A stretch of 64,000 nucleotides of DNA, from NCBI GenBank assembly GCA_964016885.1, contig OZ024740.1, forward strand, positions 318,556,001 to 318,620,000, in the 5' to 3' direction. Each line of letters opens with the position of its first letter. Position 1 is the first letter of the stretch. A model generated the notes under the pieces. That model was not told the DNA's origin, made no database searches, and was given only the letters and a program-made list of their open reading frames with translations. Source of the DNA: Eledone cirrhosa (Eukaryota). The position numbers were made by a program, and so were the translations under genes. Shown here piece by piece: positions 46,111-60,659 of this stretch.

Positions 46111-48299
46111 TATTCGAACGACTCTACCAATTCGAAGTCTTTCTACTACAATACTCACAACAAACAATCCAGGATTGTCTCGTCTATTTCTACAACTTAC
46201 ATTCTATGTGACATTAAAACGACTCTATCAATTCGAAGTCTTTCTACTACAATACTAACGTCAAATAATCCAGGATTGTCTCGTCTATTTCCACAACTTA
46301 CGTTCTATCTGACATTCTAACGACTCTACCAATTCGAATTCTTTATATTACAATACTCACAACAAATAATCCACGACTGCCTCGTCTATTTCCACAACTT
46401 ACATTCTATCTGACATTCTAACGACTCTACCAATTCGATGTGTTTCTACTACAATACTCAAGACAAAAAATCCATGATTGTCTCGTCTATTTTCACAACT
46501 TACATTCTATCTGACATTCTAACGACTCTACGAATTCGCTGTCTTTCTACTACAATACTCACAACAAATAATCCAGGATTGTCTCGTCTATTTCCACAAC
46601 TTACGTTCTATCTGACATTCTAACGACTCTACCAATTCGAATTCTTTATATTACAATACTCACAACAAATAATCCACGACTGCCTCGTCTATTTCCACAA
46701 CTTACATTCTATCTGACATTCTAACGACTCTACCAATTCGAAGTCTTTCTACTACAATACTAACGTCAAATAATCCAGGATTGTCTCGTCTATTTCCACA
46801 ACTTACGTTCTATCTGACATTCTAACGACTCTACCAATTCGAATTCTATCTATTACAATACTCACAACAAATAATCCAGGATTGTCTCGTCTATTTCCAC
46901 AACTTACCTTCTATCTGACATTCTAACGACTCTACGAATTCGCTGTCTTTCTACTACAATGCTCACAACAAATAATCCACGACTGTCTCGTCTATTTCCA
47001 CAACTTACATTCTATCTGACATTCTAACGACTCTACCAATTCGAAATCGTTCTACTACAATACTCACAACAAACAATCCAGGATTGTCTCGTCTATTTCT
47101 ACAATTTACATTCTATGTGACATTCAAACGACTCTATCAATTCGAAGTCTTTCTACAACAATACTAACGTAAAATAATCCAGGATTGTCTCGTCCATTTC
47201 CACAACTTACATTCTATCTGACATTCTAACGACTCTACCAATTCGAAGTCTTTCTACTACGATACTAACTTTAAATAATCCAGGATTGTCTCGTCCATTT
47301 CCACAACTTACATTCTATCTGACATTCTAACGACTCTACCAATTCGAAGTCTTTCTACTACAATACTAACTTCAAATAATCCAGGATTGTCTCGTCTACT
47401 TCCACAACTTACATTCTATGTGATATTCTAACGACTCTACCAATTCGAAGTCTTTCTACTACAATACTAACAACAAATAATCTGGGATTGTCTCGTCTAT
47501 TTCCACAACATACATTCTATCTGACATTCTAACGACTCTACCAATTCGAAGTTTTTCTACTACAATACTCCCAACAAATAATCAAGGATTGTATCGTCTA
47601 TTTCCACAACTTACATTCTATCTGACATTCTAACGACTCTACCCATTCGCTGTATTTCTACTACAATACTAACTTCAAATAATCCAGGATTGTCTCCTCT
47701 ATTTCCACAACTTACATTCTATGTCACAATCTAACGAGTCTAGCAATTCGCTGTGTTTCTACTACAATACTCACAACAAATAAACCAGGATTGTCTCGTC
47801 TATTTCCACAACTTACATTATATCTGACATACTAACGACTCTACGAATTCGAAGTCTTTCAACTACAATACTAACTTTAAACTATCCAGGATTGTCTCCT
47901 CTATTTCCACAACTTACATTCTATCTGACATTCTAACGACTCTATCAATTCAAAGTCTTTCTACTACAATACTAACGTCAAATAATCCAGGATTGTCTCG
48001 TCTATTTCCACAACTTACGTTCTATCTGACATTCTAACGACTCTACCAATTCGAATTCTTTCTATTACAATACTCACAACAAATAATCCAGGATTGTCTC
48101 GTCTATTTCCACAACTTACATTCTATCTGACATTCTAACGACTCTACGAATTCGCTGTTTTTCTACTACAATGCTCACAATAAATAATCCACGACTGTCT
48201 CGTCTATTTCCACAACTTACATTCTATCTGACATTCTAACGACTCTACCAATTCGAAATCTTTCTACTACAATACTCACAACAAACAATCCAGGATTGT

Positions 48300-51200
48300 C
48301 TCGTCTATTTCTACAACTTACATTCTATGTGACATTCAAACGACTCTATCAATTCGAAGTCTTTCTACAACAATACTAACGTAAAATAATCCAGGATTGT
48401 CTCGTCCATTTCCACAACTTACATTCTATCTGACATTCTAACGACTCTACCAATTCGAAGTCTTTCTACTACAATACTAACTTTAAATAATCCAGGATTG
48501 TCTCGTCTATCTCCAGACCTTACATTCTATCTGACATTCTAACGACTCTACCAGTTCGCTGTATTTCAACTACAATACTAACTTCAAATAATCCAGGATT
48601 GTCTCGTCTATTTCCACAACTTACATTCTATCTGATATTCTAACGACTCTACCCATTCGCTGTATTTCTACTACAATACTAACTTCAAATAATCCAGGAT
48701 TGTCTCGTCTACTTCCACAACTTACATTCTATGTGATATTCTAACGACTCTACCAATTCGAAATCTTTCTACTACAATACTAACAACAAATAATCCATAT
48801 TGTCTCGTCTATTTCCACAACTTACATTCTATCTGACATTCAAACGACTCTATCAATTCGAAGTCTTTCTACTACAATACTAACGTCAAATAATCCAGGA
48901 TTGTCTCGTCTATTTCCACAACTTACGTTCTATCTGACATTCTAACGACTCTACCAATTCGAATTCTTTATATTACAATACTCACAACAAATAATCCACG
49001 ACTGTCTCGTCTATTTCCTCAACTTACATTCTATCTGACATTCTAACGACTCTACCAATTCGATGTGTTTCTACTACAATACTCACGACAAACAATCCAG
49101 GATTGTCTCGTCTATTTCCACAACTTACATTCTATCTGACATTGAAACGACTCTACCAATTCGATGTCTTTGTACTACAATACTCACAAAAAAATAATCC
49201 AGGATTGTATCGTCTTTTTCCACAACTTACATTCTATCTGACATTCTAACGACTCTACCAATTCGCTGTATTTCTACTACAATACTAACCTCAATTAGTC
49301 TAGGATTGTCTCATCTATTTCCACAACTTACATTCTATCTGATATTCGAACGACTCTACCAATTCGAAGTCTTTCTACTACAATACTCACAACAAACAAT
49401 CCAGGATTGTTTCGTCTATTTCTACAACTTACATTCTATGTGACATTAAAACGACTCTATCAATTCGAAGTCTTTCTACTACAATACTAACGTCAAATAA
49501 TCCAGGATTGTCTCGTCTATTTCCACAACTTACGTTCTATCTGACATTCTAACGACTCTACCAATTCGAATTCTTTATATTACAATACTCACAACAAATA
49601 ATCCACGACTGCCTCGTCTATTTCCACAACTTACATTCTATCTGACATTCTAACGACTCTACCAATTCGATGTGTTTCTACTACAATACTCAAGACAAAT
49701 AATCCAGGATTGTCTCGTCTATTTTCACAACTTACATTCTATCTGACATTCTAACGACTCTACGAATTCGCTGTCTTTCTACTACAATGCTCACAAAAAA
49801 TAATCCACGACTGTCTCGTCTAATTCCACAACTTACATTCTATCTGACATTCTAACGACTCTACCAATTCGAAATCTTTCTACTACAATACTCACAACAA
49901 ACAATCCAGGATTGTCTCGTCTATTTCTAGAACTTACATTCTATGTGACATTCAAACGACTCTATCAATTCGAAGTCTTTCTACTACAATACTAACGTCA
50001 AATAATCCAGGATTGTCTCGTCTATTTCCACAACTTACGTACTATCTGACATTCTAACGACTCTACCAATTCGAATTCTTTCTATTACAATACTCACAAC
50101 AAATAATCCAGGATTGTCTCGTCTATTTCCACAACTTACATTCTATCTGACATTCTAACGACTCTACGAATTCGCTGTCTTTCTACTACAATGCTCACAA
50201 CAAATAATCCACGACTGTCTCGTCTATTTCCACAACTTACATTCAATCTGACATTCTAACGACTCTACCAATTCGAAATCTTTCTACTACAATACTAACT
50301 TCAAATAATCCAGGATTGTCTCGTCTACTTCCACAACTTACATTCTATGTGATATTCTAACGACTCTACCAATTCGAAGTCTTTCTACTACAATACTCAC
50401 AACAAATAATCCATATTGTCTCGTCTATTTCCACAACTTACATTCTATCTGACATTCAAACGACTCTATCAATTCGAAGTCTTTCTACTACAATACTCAC
50501 AACAAATAATCCATATTGTCTCGTCTATTTCCACAACTTACGTTCTATCTGACATTCTAACGACTCTACCAATTCGAATTCTTTATATTACAATACTCAC
50601 AACAAATAATCCACGACTGTCTCTTCTATTTCCACAACTTACATTCTATCTGACATTCTAACGACTCTACCAATTCGATGTGTTTCTACTACAATACTCA
50701 CGACAAACAATCCAGGATTGTCTCGTCTATTTCCACAACTTACATTCTATCTGACATTGAAACGACTCTACCAATTCGATGTATTTGTACTACAATACTC
50801 ACAAAAAAATAATCCAGGATTGTATCGTCTTTTTCCACAACTTACATTCTATCTGACATTCTAACGACTCTACCAATTTGTTGTATTTCTACTACAATAC
50901 TAACTTCAATTAGTCCAGGATTGTCTCATCTATTTCCACAACTTACATTCTATCTGATATTCGAACGACTCTACCAATTCGAAGTCTTTCTACTACAATA
51001 CTCACAACAAACAATCCAGGATTGTTTCGTCTATTTCTACAACTTACATTCTATGTGACATTAAAACGACTCTACCTATTCGAAGTTTTTCTACTACAAT
51101 ACTTCCAACAAATAATCAAGGATTGTATCGTCTATTTCCACAACTTACATTCTATCTGACATTCTAACGACTCTACCAATTCGAATTCTTTATATTACAA

Positions 51201-54200
51201 TACTCACAACAAATAATCCACGACTGTCTCGTCTATTTCCACAACTTACATTCTATCTGACATTCTAACGACTCTACCAATTCGATGTGTTTCTACTACA
51301 ATACTCACAACAAACAATCCAGGATTGTCTCGTCTATTTCTACAACTTACATTCTATGTGACATTCAAACGACTCTATCAATTCGAAGTCTTTCTACAAC
51401 AATACTAACGTAAAATAATCCAGGATTGTCTCGTCCATTTCCACAACTTACATTCTATCTGACATTCTAACGACTCTACCAATTCGAAGTCTTTCTACTA
51501 CAATACTAACTTTAAATAATCCAGGATTGTCTCGTCTATCTCCAGACCTTACATTCTATCTGACATTCTAACGACTCTACCAGTTCGCTGTATTTCAACT
51601 ACAATACTAACTTCAAATAATCCAGGATTGTCTCGTCTATTTCCACAACTTACATTCTATCTGATATTCTAACGACTCTACCCATTCGCTGTATTTCTAC
51701 TACAATACTTACTTCAAATAATCCAGGATTGTCTCGTCTACTTCCACAACTTACATTCTATGTGATATTCTAACGACTCTACCAATTCGAAATCTTTCTA
51801 CTACAATACTAACAACAAATAATCCATATTGTCTCGTCTATTTCCACAACTTACATTCTATCTGACATTGAAACGACTCTATCAATTCGAAGTCTTTCTA
51901 CTACAATACTAACGTCAAATAATCCAGGATTGTCTCGTCTATTTCCACAACTTACGTTCTATCTGACATTCTAACGACTCTACCAATTCGAATTCTTTAT
52001 ATTACAATACTCACAACAAATAATCCACGACTGTCTCGTCTATTTCCTCAACTTACATTCTATCTGACATTCTAACGACTCTACCAATTCGATGTGTTTC
52101 TACTACAATACTCACGACAAACAATCCAGGATTGTCTCGTCTATTTCCACAACTTACATTCTATCTGACATTGAAACGACTCTACCAATTCGATGTCTTT
52201 GTACTACAATACTCACAAAAAAAGAATCCAGGATTGTATCGTCTTTTTCCACAACTTACATTCTATCTGACATTCTAACGACTCTACCAATTCGCTGTAT
52301 TTCTACTACAATACTAACTTCAATTAGTCTAGGATTGTCTCATCTATTTCCACAACTTACATTCTATCTGATATTCGAACGACTCTACCAATTCGAAGTC
52401 TTTCTACTACAATACTCACAACAAACAATCCAGGATTGTTTCGTCTATTTCTACAACTTACATTCTATGTGACATTAAAACGACTCTATCAATTCGAAGT
52501 CTTTCTACTACAATACTAACGTCAAATAATCCAGGATTGTCTCGTCTATTTCCACAACTTACGTTCTATCTGACATTCTAACGACTCTACCAATTCGAAT
52601 TCTTTATATTACAATACTCACAACAAATAATCCACGACTGCCTCGTCTATTTCCACAACTTACATTCTATCTGACATTCTAACGACTCTACCAATTCGAT
52701 GTGTTTCTACTACAATACTCAAGACAAATAATCCAGGATTGTCTCGTCTATTTTCACAACTTACATTCTATCTGACATTCTAACGACTCTACGAATTCGC
52801 TGTCTTTCTACTACAATGCTCACAAAAAATAATCCACGACTGTCTCGTCTAATTCCACAACTTACATTCTATCTGACATTCTAACGACTCTACCAATTCG
52901 AAATCTTTCTACTACAATACTCACAACAAACAATCCAGGATTGTCTCGTCTATTTCTAGAACTTACATTCTATGTGACATTCAAACGACTCTATCAATTC
53001 GAAGTCTTTCTACTACAATACTAACGTCAAATAATCCAGGATTGTCTCGTCTATTTCCACAACTTACGTACTATCTGACATTCTAACGACTCTACCAATT
53101 CGAATTCTTTCTATTACAATACTCACAACAAATAATCCAGGATTGTCTCGTCTATTTCCACAACTTACATTCTATCTGACATTCTAACGACTCTACGAAT
53201 TCGCTGTCTTTCTACTACAATGCTCACAACAAATAATCCACGACTGTCTCGTCTATTTCCACAACTTACATTCAATCTGACATTCTAACGACTCTACCAA
53301 TTCGAAATCTTTCTACTACAATACTAACTTCAAATAATCCAGGATTGTCTCGTCTACTTCCACAACTTACATTCTATGTGATATTCTAACGACTCTACCA
53401 ATTCGAAATCTTTCTACTACAATACTAACAACAAATAATCCATATTGTCTCGTCTATTTCCACAACTTACATTCTATCTGACATTCAAACGACTCTATCA
53501 ATTCGAAGTCTTTCTACTACAATACTAACGTCAAATAATCCAGGATTGTCTCGTCTATTTCCACAACTTACGTTCTATCTGACATTCTAACGACTCTACC
53601 AATTCGAATTCTTTATATTACAATACTCACAACAAATAATCCACGACTGTCTCGTCTATTTCCTCAACTTACATTCTATCTGACATTCTAACGACTCTAC
53701 CAATTCGATGTGTTTCTACTACAATACTCACGACAAACAATCCAGGATTGTCTCGTCTATTTCCACAACTTACATTCTATCTGACATTGAAACGACTCTA
53801 CCAATTCGATGTCTTTGTACTACAATACTCACAAAAAAATAATCCAGGATTGTATCGTCTTTTTCCACAACTTACATTCTATCTGACATTCTAACGACTC
53901 TACCAATTCGCTGTATTTCTACTACAATACTAACCTCAATTAGTCTAGGATTGTCTCATCTATTTCCACAACTTACATTCTATCTGATATTCGAACGACT
54001 CTACCAATTCGAAGTCTTTCTACTACAATACTCACAACAAACAATCCAGGATTGTTTCGTCTATTTCTACAACTTACATTCTATGTGACATTAAAACGAC
54101 TCTATCAATTCGAAGTCTTTCTACTACAATACTAACGTCAAATAATCCAGGATTGTCTCGTCTATTTCCACAACTTACGTTCTATCTGACATTCTAACGA

Positions 54201-57200
54201 CTCTACCAATTCGAATTCTTTATATTACAATACTCACAACAAATAATCCACGACTGCCTCGTCTATTTCCACAACTTACATTCTATCTGACATTCTAACG
54301 ACTCTACCAATTCGATGTGTTTCTACTACAATACTCAAGACAAATAATCCAGGATTGTCTCGTCTATTTTCACAACTTACATTCTATCTGACATTCTAAC
54401 GACTCTACGAATTCGCTGTCTTTCTACTACAATGCTCACAAAAAATAATCCACGACTGTCTCGTCTAATTCCACAACTTACATTCTATCTGACATTCTAA
54501 CGACTCTACCAATTCGAAATCTTTCTACTACAATACTCACAACAAACAATCCAGGATTGTCTCGTCTATTTCTAGAACTTACATTCTATGTGACATTCAA
54601 ACGACTCTATCAATTCGAAGTCTTTCTACTACAATACTAACGTCAAATAATCCAGGATTGTCTCGTCTATTTCCACAACTTACGTACTATCTGACATTCT
54701 AACGACTCTACCAATTCGAATTCTTTCTATTACAATACTCACAACAAATAATCCAGGATTGTCTCGTCTATTTCCACAACTTACATTCTATCTGACATTC
54801 TAACGACTCTACGAATTCGCTGTCTTTCTACTACAATGCTCACAACAAATAATCCACGACTGTCTCGTCTATTTCCACAACTTACATTCAATCTGACATT
54901 CTAACGACTCTACCAATTCGAAATCTTTCTACTACAATACTAACTTCAAATAATCCAGGATTGTCTCGTCTACTTCCACAACTTACATTCTATGTGATAT
55001 TCTAACGACTCTACCAATTCGAAGTCTTTCTACTACAATACTCACAACAAATAATCCATATTGTCTCGTCTATTTCCACAACTTACATTCTATCTGACAT
55101 TCAAACGACTCTATCAATTCGAAGTCTTTCTACTACAATACTCACAACAAATAATCCATATTGTCTCGTCTATTTCCACAACTTACGTTCTATCTGACAT
55201 TCTAACGACTCTACCAATTCGAATTCTTTATATTACAATACTCACAACAAATAATCCACGACTGTCTCTTCTATTTCCACAACTTACATTCTATCTGACA
55301 TTCTAACGACTCTACCAATTCGATGTGTTTCTACTACAATACTCACGACAAACAATCCAGGATTGTCTCGTCTATTTCCACAACTTACATTCTATCTGAC
55401 ATTGAAACGACTCTACCAATTCGATGTATTTGTACTACAATACTCACAAAAAAATAATCCAGGATTGTATCGTCTTTTTCCACAACTTACATTCTATCTG
55501 ACATTCTAACGACTCTACCAATTTGTTGTATTTCTACTACAATACTAACTTCAATTAGTCCAGGATTGTCTCATCTATTTCCACAACTTACATTCTATCT
55601 GATATTCGAACGACTCTACCAATTCGAAGTCTTTCTACTACAATACTCACAACAAACAATCCAGGATTGTTTCGTCTATTTCTACAACTTACATTCTATG
55701 TGACATTAAAACGACTCTACCTATTCGAAGTTTTTCTACTACAATACTTCCAACAAATAATCAAGGATTGTATCGTCTATTTCCACAACTTACATTCTAT
55801 CTGACATTCTAACGACTCTACCAATTCGAATTCTTTATATTACAATACTCACAACAAATAATCCACGACTGTCTCGTCTATTTCCACAACTTACATTCTA
55901 TCTGACATTCTAACGACTCTACCAATTCGATGTGTTTCTACTACAATACTCACAACAAACAATCCAGGATTGTCTCGTCTATTTCTACAACTTACATTCT
56001 ATGTGACATTCAAACGACTCTATCAATTCGAAGTCTTTCTACAACAATACTAACGTAAAATAATCCAGGATTGTCTCGTCCATTTCCACAACTTACATTC
56101 TATCTGACATTCTAACGACTCTACCAATTCGAAGTCTTTCTACTACAATACTAACTTTAAATAATCCAGGATTGTCTCGTCTATCTCCAGACCTTACATT
56201 CTATCTGACATTCTAACGACTCTACCAGTTCGCTGTATTTCAACTACAATACTAACTTCAAATAATCCAGGATTGTCTCGTCTATTTCCACAACTTACAT
56301 TCTATCTGATATTCTAACGACTCTACCCATTCGCTGTATTTCTACTACAATACTTACTTCAAATAATCCAGGATTGTCTCGTCTACTTCCACAACTTACA
56401 TTCTATGTGATATTCTAACGACTCTACCAATTCGAAATCTTTCTACTACAATACTAACAACAAATAATCCATATTGTCTCGTCTATTTCCACAACTTACA
56501 TTCTATCTGACATTGAAACGACTCTATCAATTCGAAGTCTTTCTACTACAATACTAACGTCAAATAATCCAGGATTGTCTCGTCTATTTCCACAACTTAC
56601 GTTCTATCTGACATTCTAACGACTCTACCAATTCGAATTCTTTATATTACAATACTCACAACAAATAATCCACGACTGTCTCGTCTATTTCCTCAACTTA
56701 CATTCTATCTGACATTCTAACGACTCTACCAATTCGATGTGTTTCTACTACAATACTCACGACAAACAATCCAGGATTGTCTCGTCTATTTCCACAACTT
56801 ACATTCTATCTGACATTGAAACGACTCTACCAATTCGATGTCTTTGTACTACAATACTCACAAAAAAAGAATCCAGGATTGTATCGTCTTTTTCCACAAC
56901 TTACATTCTATCTGACATTCTAACGACTCTACCAATTCGCTGTATTTCTACTACAATACTAACTTCAATTAGTCTAGGATTGTCTCATCTATTTCCACAA
57001 CTTACATTCTATCTGATATTCGAACGACTCTACCAATTCGAAGTCTTTCTACTACAATACTCACAACAAACAATCCAGGATTGTTTCGTCTATTTCTACA
57101 ACTTACATTCTATGTGACATTAAAACGACTCTATCAATTCGAAGTCTTTCTACTACAATACTAACGTCAAATAATCCAGGATTGTCTCGTCTATTTCCAC

Positions 57201-58980
57201 AACTTACGTTCTATCTGACATTCTAACGACTCTACCAATTCGAATTCTTTATATTACAATACTCACAACAAATAATCCACGACTGCCTCGTCTATTTCCA
57301 CAACTTACATTCTATCTGACATTCTAACGACTCTACCAATTCGATGTGTTTCTACTACAATACTCAAGACAAATAATCCAGGATTGTCTCGTCTATTTTC
57401 ACAACTTACATTCTATCTGACATTCTAACGACTCTACGAATTCGCTGTCTTTCTACTACAATGCTCACAAAAAATAATCCACGACTGTCTCGTCTAATTC
57501 CACAACTTACATTCTATCTGACATTCTAACGACTCTACCAATTCGAAATCTTTCTACTACAATACTCACAACAAACAATCCAGGATTGTCTCGTCTATTT
57601 CTAGAACTTACATTCTATGTGACATTCAAACGACTCTATCAATTCGAAGTCTTTCTACTACAATACTAACGTCAAATAATCCAGGATTGTCTCGTCTATT
57701 TCCACAACTTACGTACTATCTGACATTCTAACGACTCTACCAATTCGAATTCTTTCTATTACAATACTCACAACAAATAATCCAGGATTGTCTCGTCTAT
57801 TTCCACAACTTACATTCTATCTGACATTCTAACGACTCTACGAATTCGCTGTCTTTCTACTACAATGCTCACAACAAATAATCCACGACTGTCTCGTCTA
57901 TTTCCACAACTTACATTCAATCTGACATTCTAACGACTCTACCAATTCGAAATCTTTCTACTACAATACTAACTTCAAATAATCCAGGATTGTCTCGTCT
58001 ACTTCCACAACTTACATTCTATGTGATATTCTAACGACTCTACCAATTCGAAGTCTTTCTACTACAATACTCACAACAAATAATCCATATTGTCTCGTCT
58101 ATTTCCACAACTTACATTCTATCTGACATTCAAACGACTCTATCAATTCGAAGTCTTTCTACTACAATACTCACAACAAATAATCCATATTGTCTCGTCT
58201 ATTTCCACAACTTACGTTCTATCTGACATTCTAACGACTCTACCAATTCGAATTCTTTATATTACAATACTCACAACAAATAATCCACGACTGTCTCGTC
58301 TATTTCCACAACTTACATTCTATCTGACATTCTAACGACTCTACCAATTCGATGTGTTTCTACTACAATACTCACGACAAACAATCCAGGATTGTCTCGT
58401 CTATTTCCACAACTTACATTCTATCTGACATTGAAACGACTCTACCAATTCGATGTATTTGTACTACAATACTCACAAAAAAATAATCCAGGATTGTATC
58501 GTCTTTTTCCACAACTTACATTCTATCTGACATTCTAACGACTCTACCAATTTGCTGTATTTCTACTACAATACTAACTTCAATTAGTCCAGGATTGTCT
58601 CATCTATTTCCACAACTTACATTCTATCTGATATTCGAACGACTCTACCAATTCGAAGTCTTTCTACTACAATACTCACAACAAACAATCCAGGATTGTT
58701 TCGTCTATTTCTACAACTTACATTCTATGTGACATTAAAACGACTCTACCTATTCGAAGTTTTTCTACTACAATACTTCCAACAAATAATCAAGGATTGT
58801 ATCGTCTATTTCCACAACTTACATTCTATCTGACATTCTAACGACTCTACCAATTCGAATTCTTTATATTACAATACTCACAACAAATAATCCACGACTG
58901 TCTCGTCTATTTCCACAACTTACATTCTATCTGACATTCTAACGACTCTACCAATTCGATGTGTTTCTACTACAATACTC
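48300..58980 (+). repeat. Nested HOR block: 46-mer (4645 bp) composed of a 30-mer (3029 bp) plus a 16-mer (1616 bp)
   Basis: The CCTC of TTTCCTCAAC falls at 49017, 52046, 53662 and 56691 (spacings 3029, 1616, 3029). TAACCTCAATT is at 49286 and 53931 (4645). Identical spurious ORFs at 50416/55061 and 52092/56737 are also 4645 apart, and 55061/58090 are 3029 apart. Confidence 0.9.
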
Positions 58981-60659
58981 ACGACAAATAATCCAGGATT
59001 GTCTCGTCTATTTCCACAACTTACATTCTATCTGACATTCTAACGACTCCACCAATTCGAAATCTTTCTACTACAATACTCACAACAAACAATCCAGGAT
59101 TGTCTCGTCTATCTATTTCTACAACTTACATTCTATGTGACATTCAAACGACTCTATCAATTTGAAGTCTTTCTACAACAATACTAACGTAAAATAATCC
59201 AGGATCGTCTCGTCTATTTCCACAACTTACAACCTATCTGACATTCTAACGACTCTACCAATTCGAAGTCTTTCTACTACAATACTAACAACAAATAATC
59301 TGGGATTGTCTCGTCTATTTCCACAACATACATTCTATCTGACATTCTAACGACTCTACCAATTCGAAGTTTTTCTACTACAATACTTCCAACAAATAAT
59401 CAAGGATTGTATCGTCTATTTCCACAACTTACATTCTATCTGACATTCTAACGACTCTACCCATTCGCTGTATTTCTACTACAATACTAACTTCAAATAA
59501 TCCAGGATTGTCTCCTCTATTTCCACAACTTACATTCTATGTCACAATCTAACGAGTCTACCAATTCGCTGTGTTTCTACTACAATACTCACAACAAATA
59601 AACCAGGATTGTCTCGTCTATTTCCACAACTTACATTATATCTGACATACTAACGACTCTACGAATTCGAAGTCTTTCTACTACAATACTAACTTTAAAC
59701 TATCCAGGATTGTCTCCTCTATTTCCACAACTTACATTCTATCTGACATTCAAACGACTCTACCAATTCGCTGTATTTCTACTACAATACTAACTTCAAA
59801 TAATCCAGGATTGTATCGGCTATTTCCACAACTTACATTCTATCTGACATTCTAACGACTCTACCAATTCGCTGTCTTTCTACTACAATAGTAACAACAT
59901 ATAATCTAGGATTGTCTCGTCTATTTCCACAACTTACAATCTATCTGATATTCGAACGACTCTACCAATTCGAAGTCTTTCTGCTACAATACTAACAACA
60001 AATAATCTAGGATTGTCTCGTCTATTTCCACAACTTACATTCTATCTGACATTCTAACGACTCTAACAATTCGAAGTCTTTCTACTACAATACTAACAAC
60101 AAATAATCCAGGATCGTGTCATCTATTTCCACAACTTACATTCTATCTGACATTCTAACGACTATACCAATTCGATGTGTTTCTACTACAATACTCACGT
60201 CAAATAATCCAGGATTGTCTCGTCTATCTCCAGACCTTACATTCTATCTGACATTCTAACGACTCTACCAGTTCGCTGTATTTCTACTACAATACTCACA
60301 ACAAATAATCCAGGATTGTATCGTCTATTTCCACAACTTACATTCTATGTCACATTCTAACGTGTCTACCAATTCGAAGTCTTTCTACTACAATACTAAC
60401 TTTAAACAATCCAGGATTGTCTCCTCTATTTCCACAACTTACATTCTATCTGACATTGAAACGACTCTACCAATTCAATGTCTTTGTACTACAATACTCA
60501 CAAAAAAATAATCCAGGATTGTATCGTCTTTTTCCACAACTTACATTCTATCTGACATTCTAACGACTCTACCAATTCGCTGTATTTCTACTACAATACT
60601 AACTTCAATTAGTCCAGGATTGTCTCATCTATTTCCACAACTTACATTCTATCTGACAT

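Noticed and set aside
21820-58335. Eight + strand ORFs of 61-126 aa
   Set aside because: They are translations of the satellite through successive frames (101 is not a multiple of 3). They stay open only where variants remove the TAA/TGA stops, several use TTG/GTG starts, and duplicates simply track the HOR offsets. No domain-like content.
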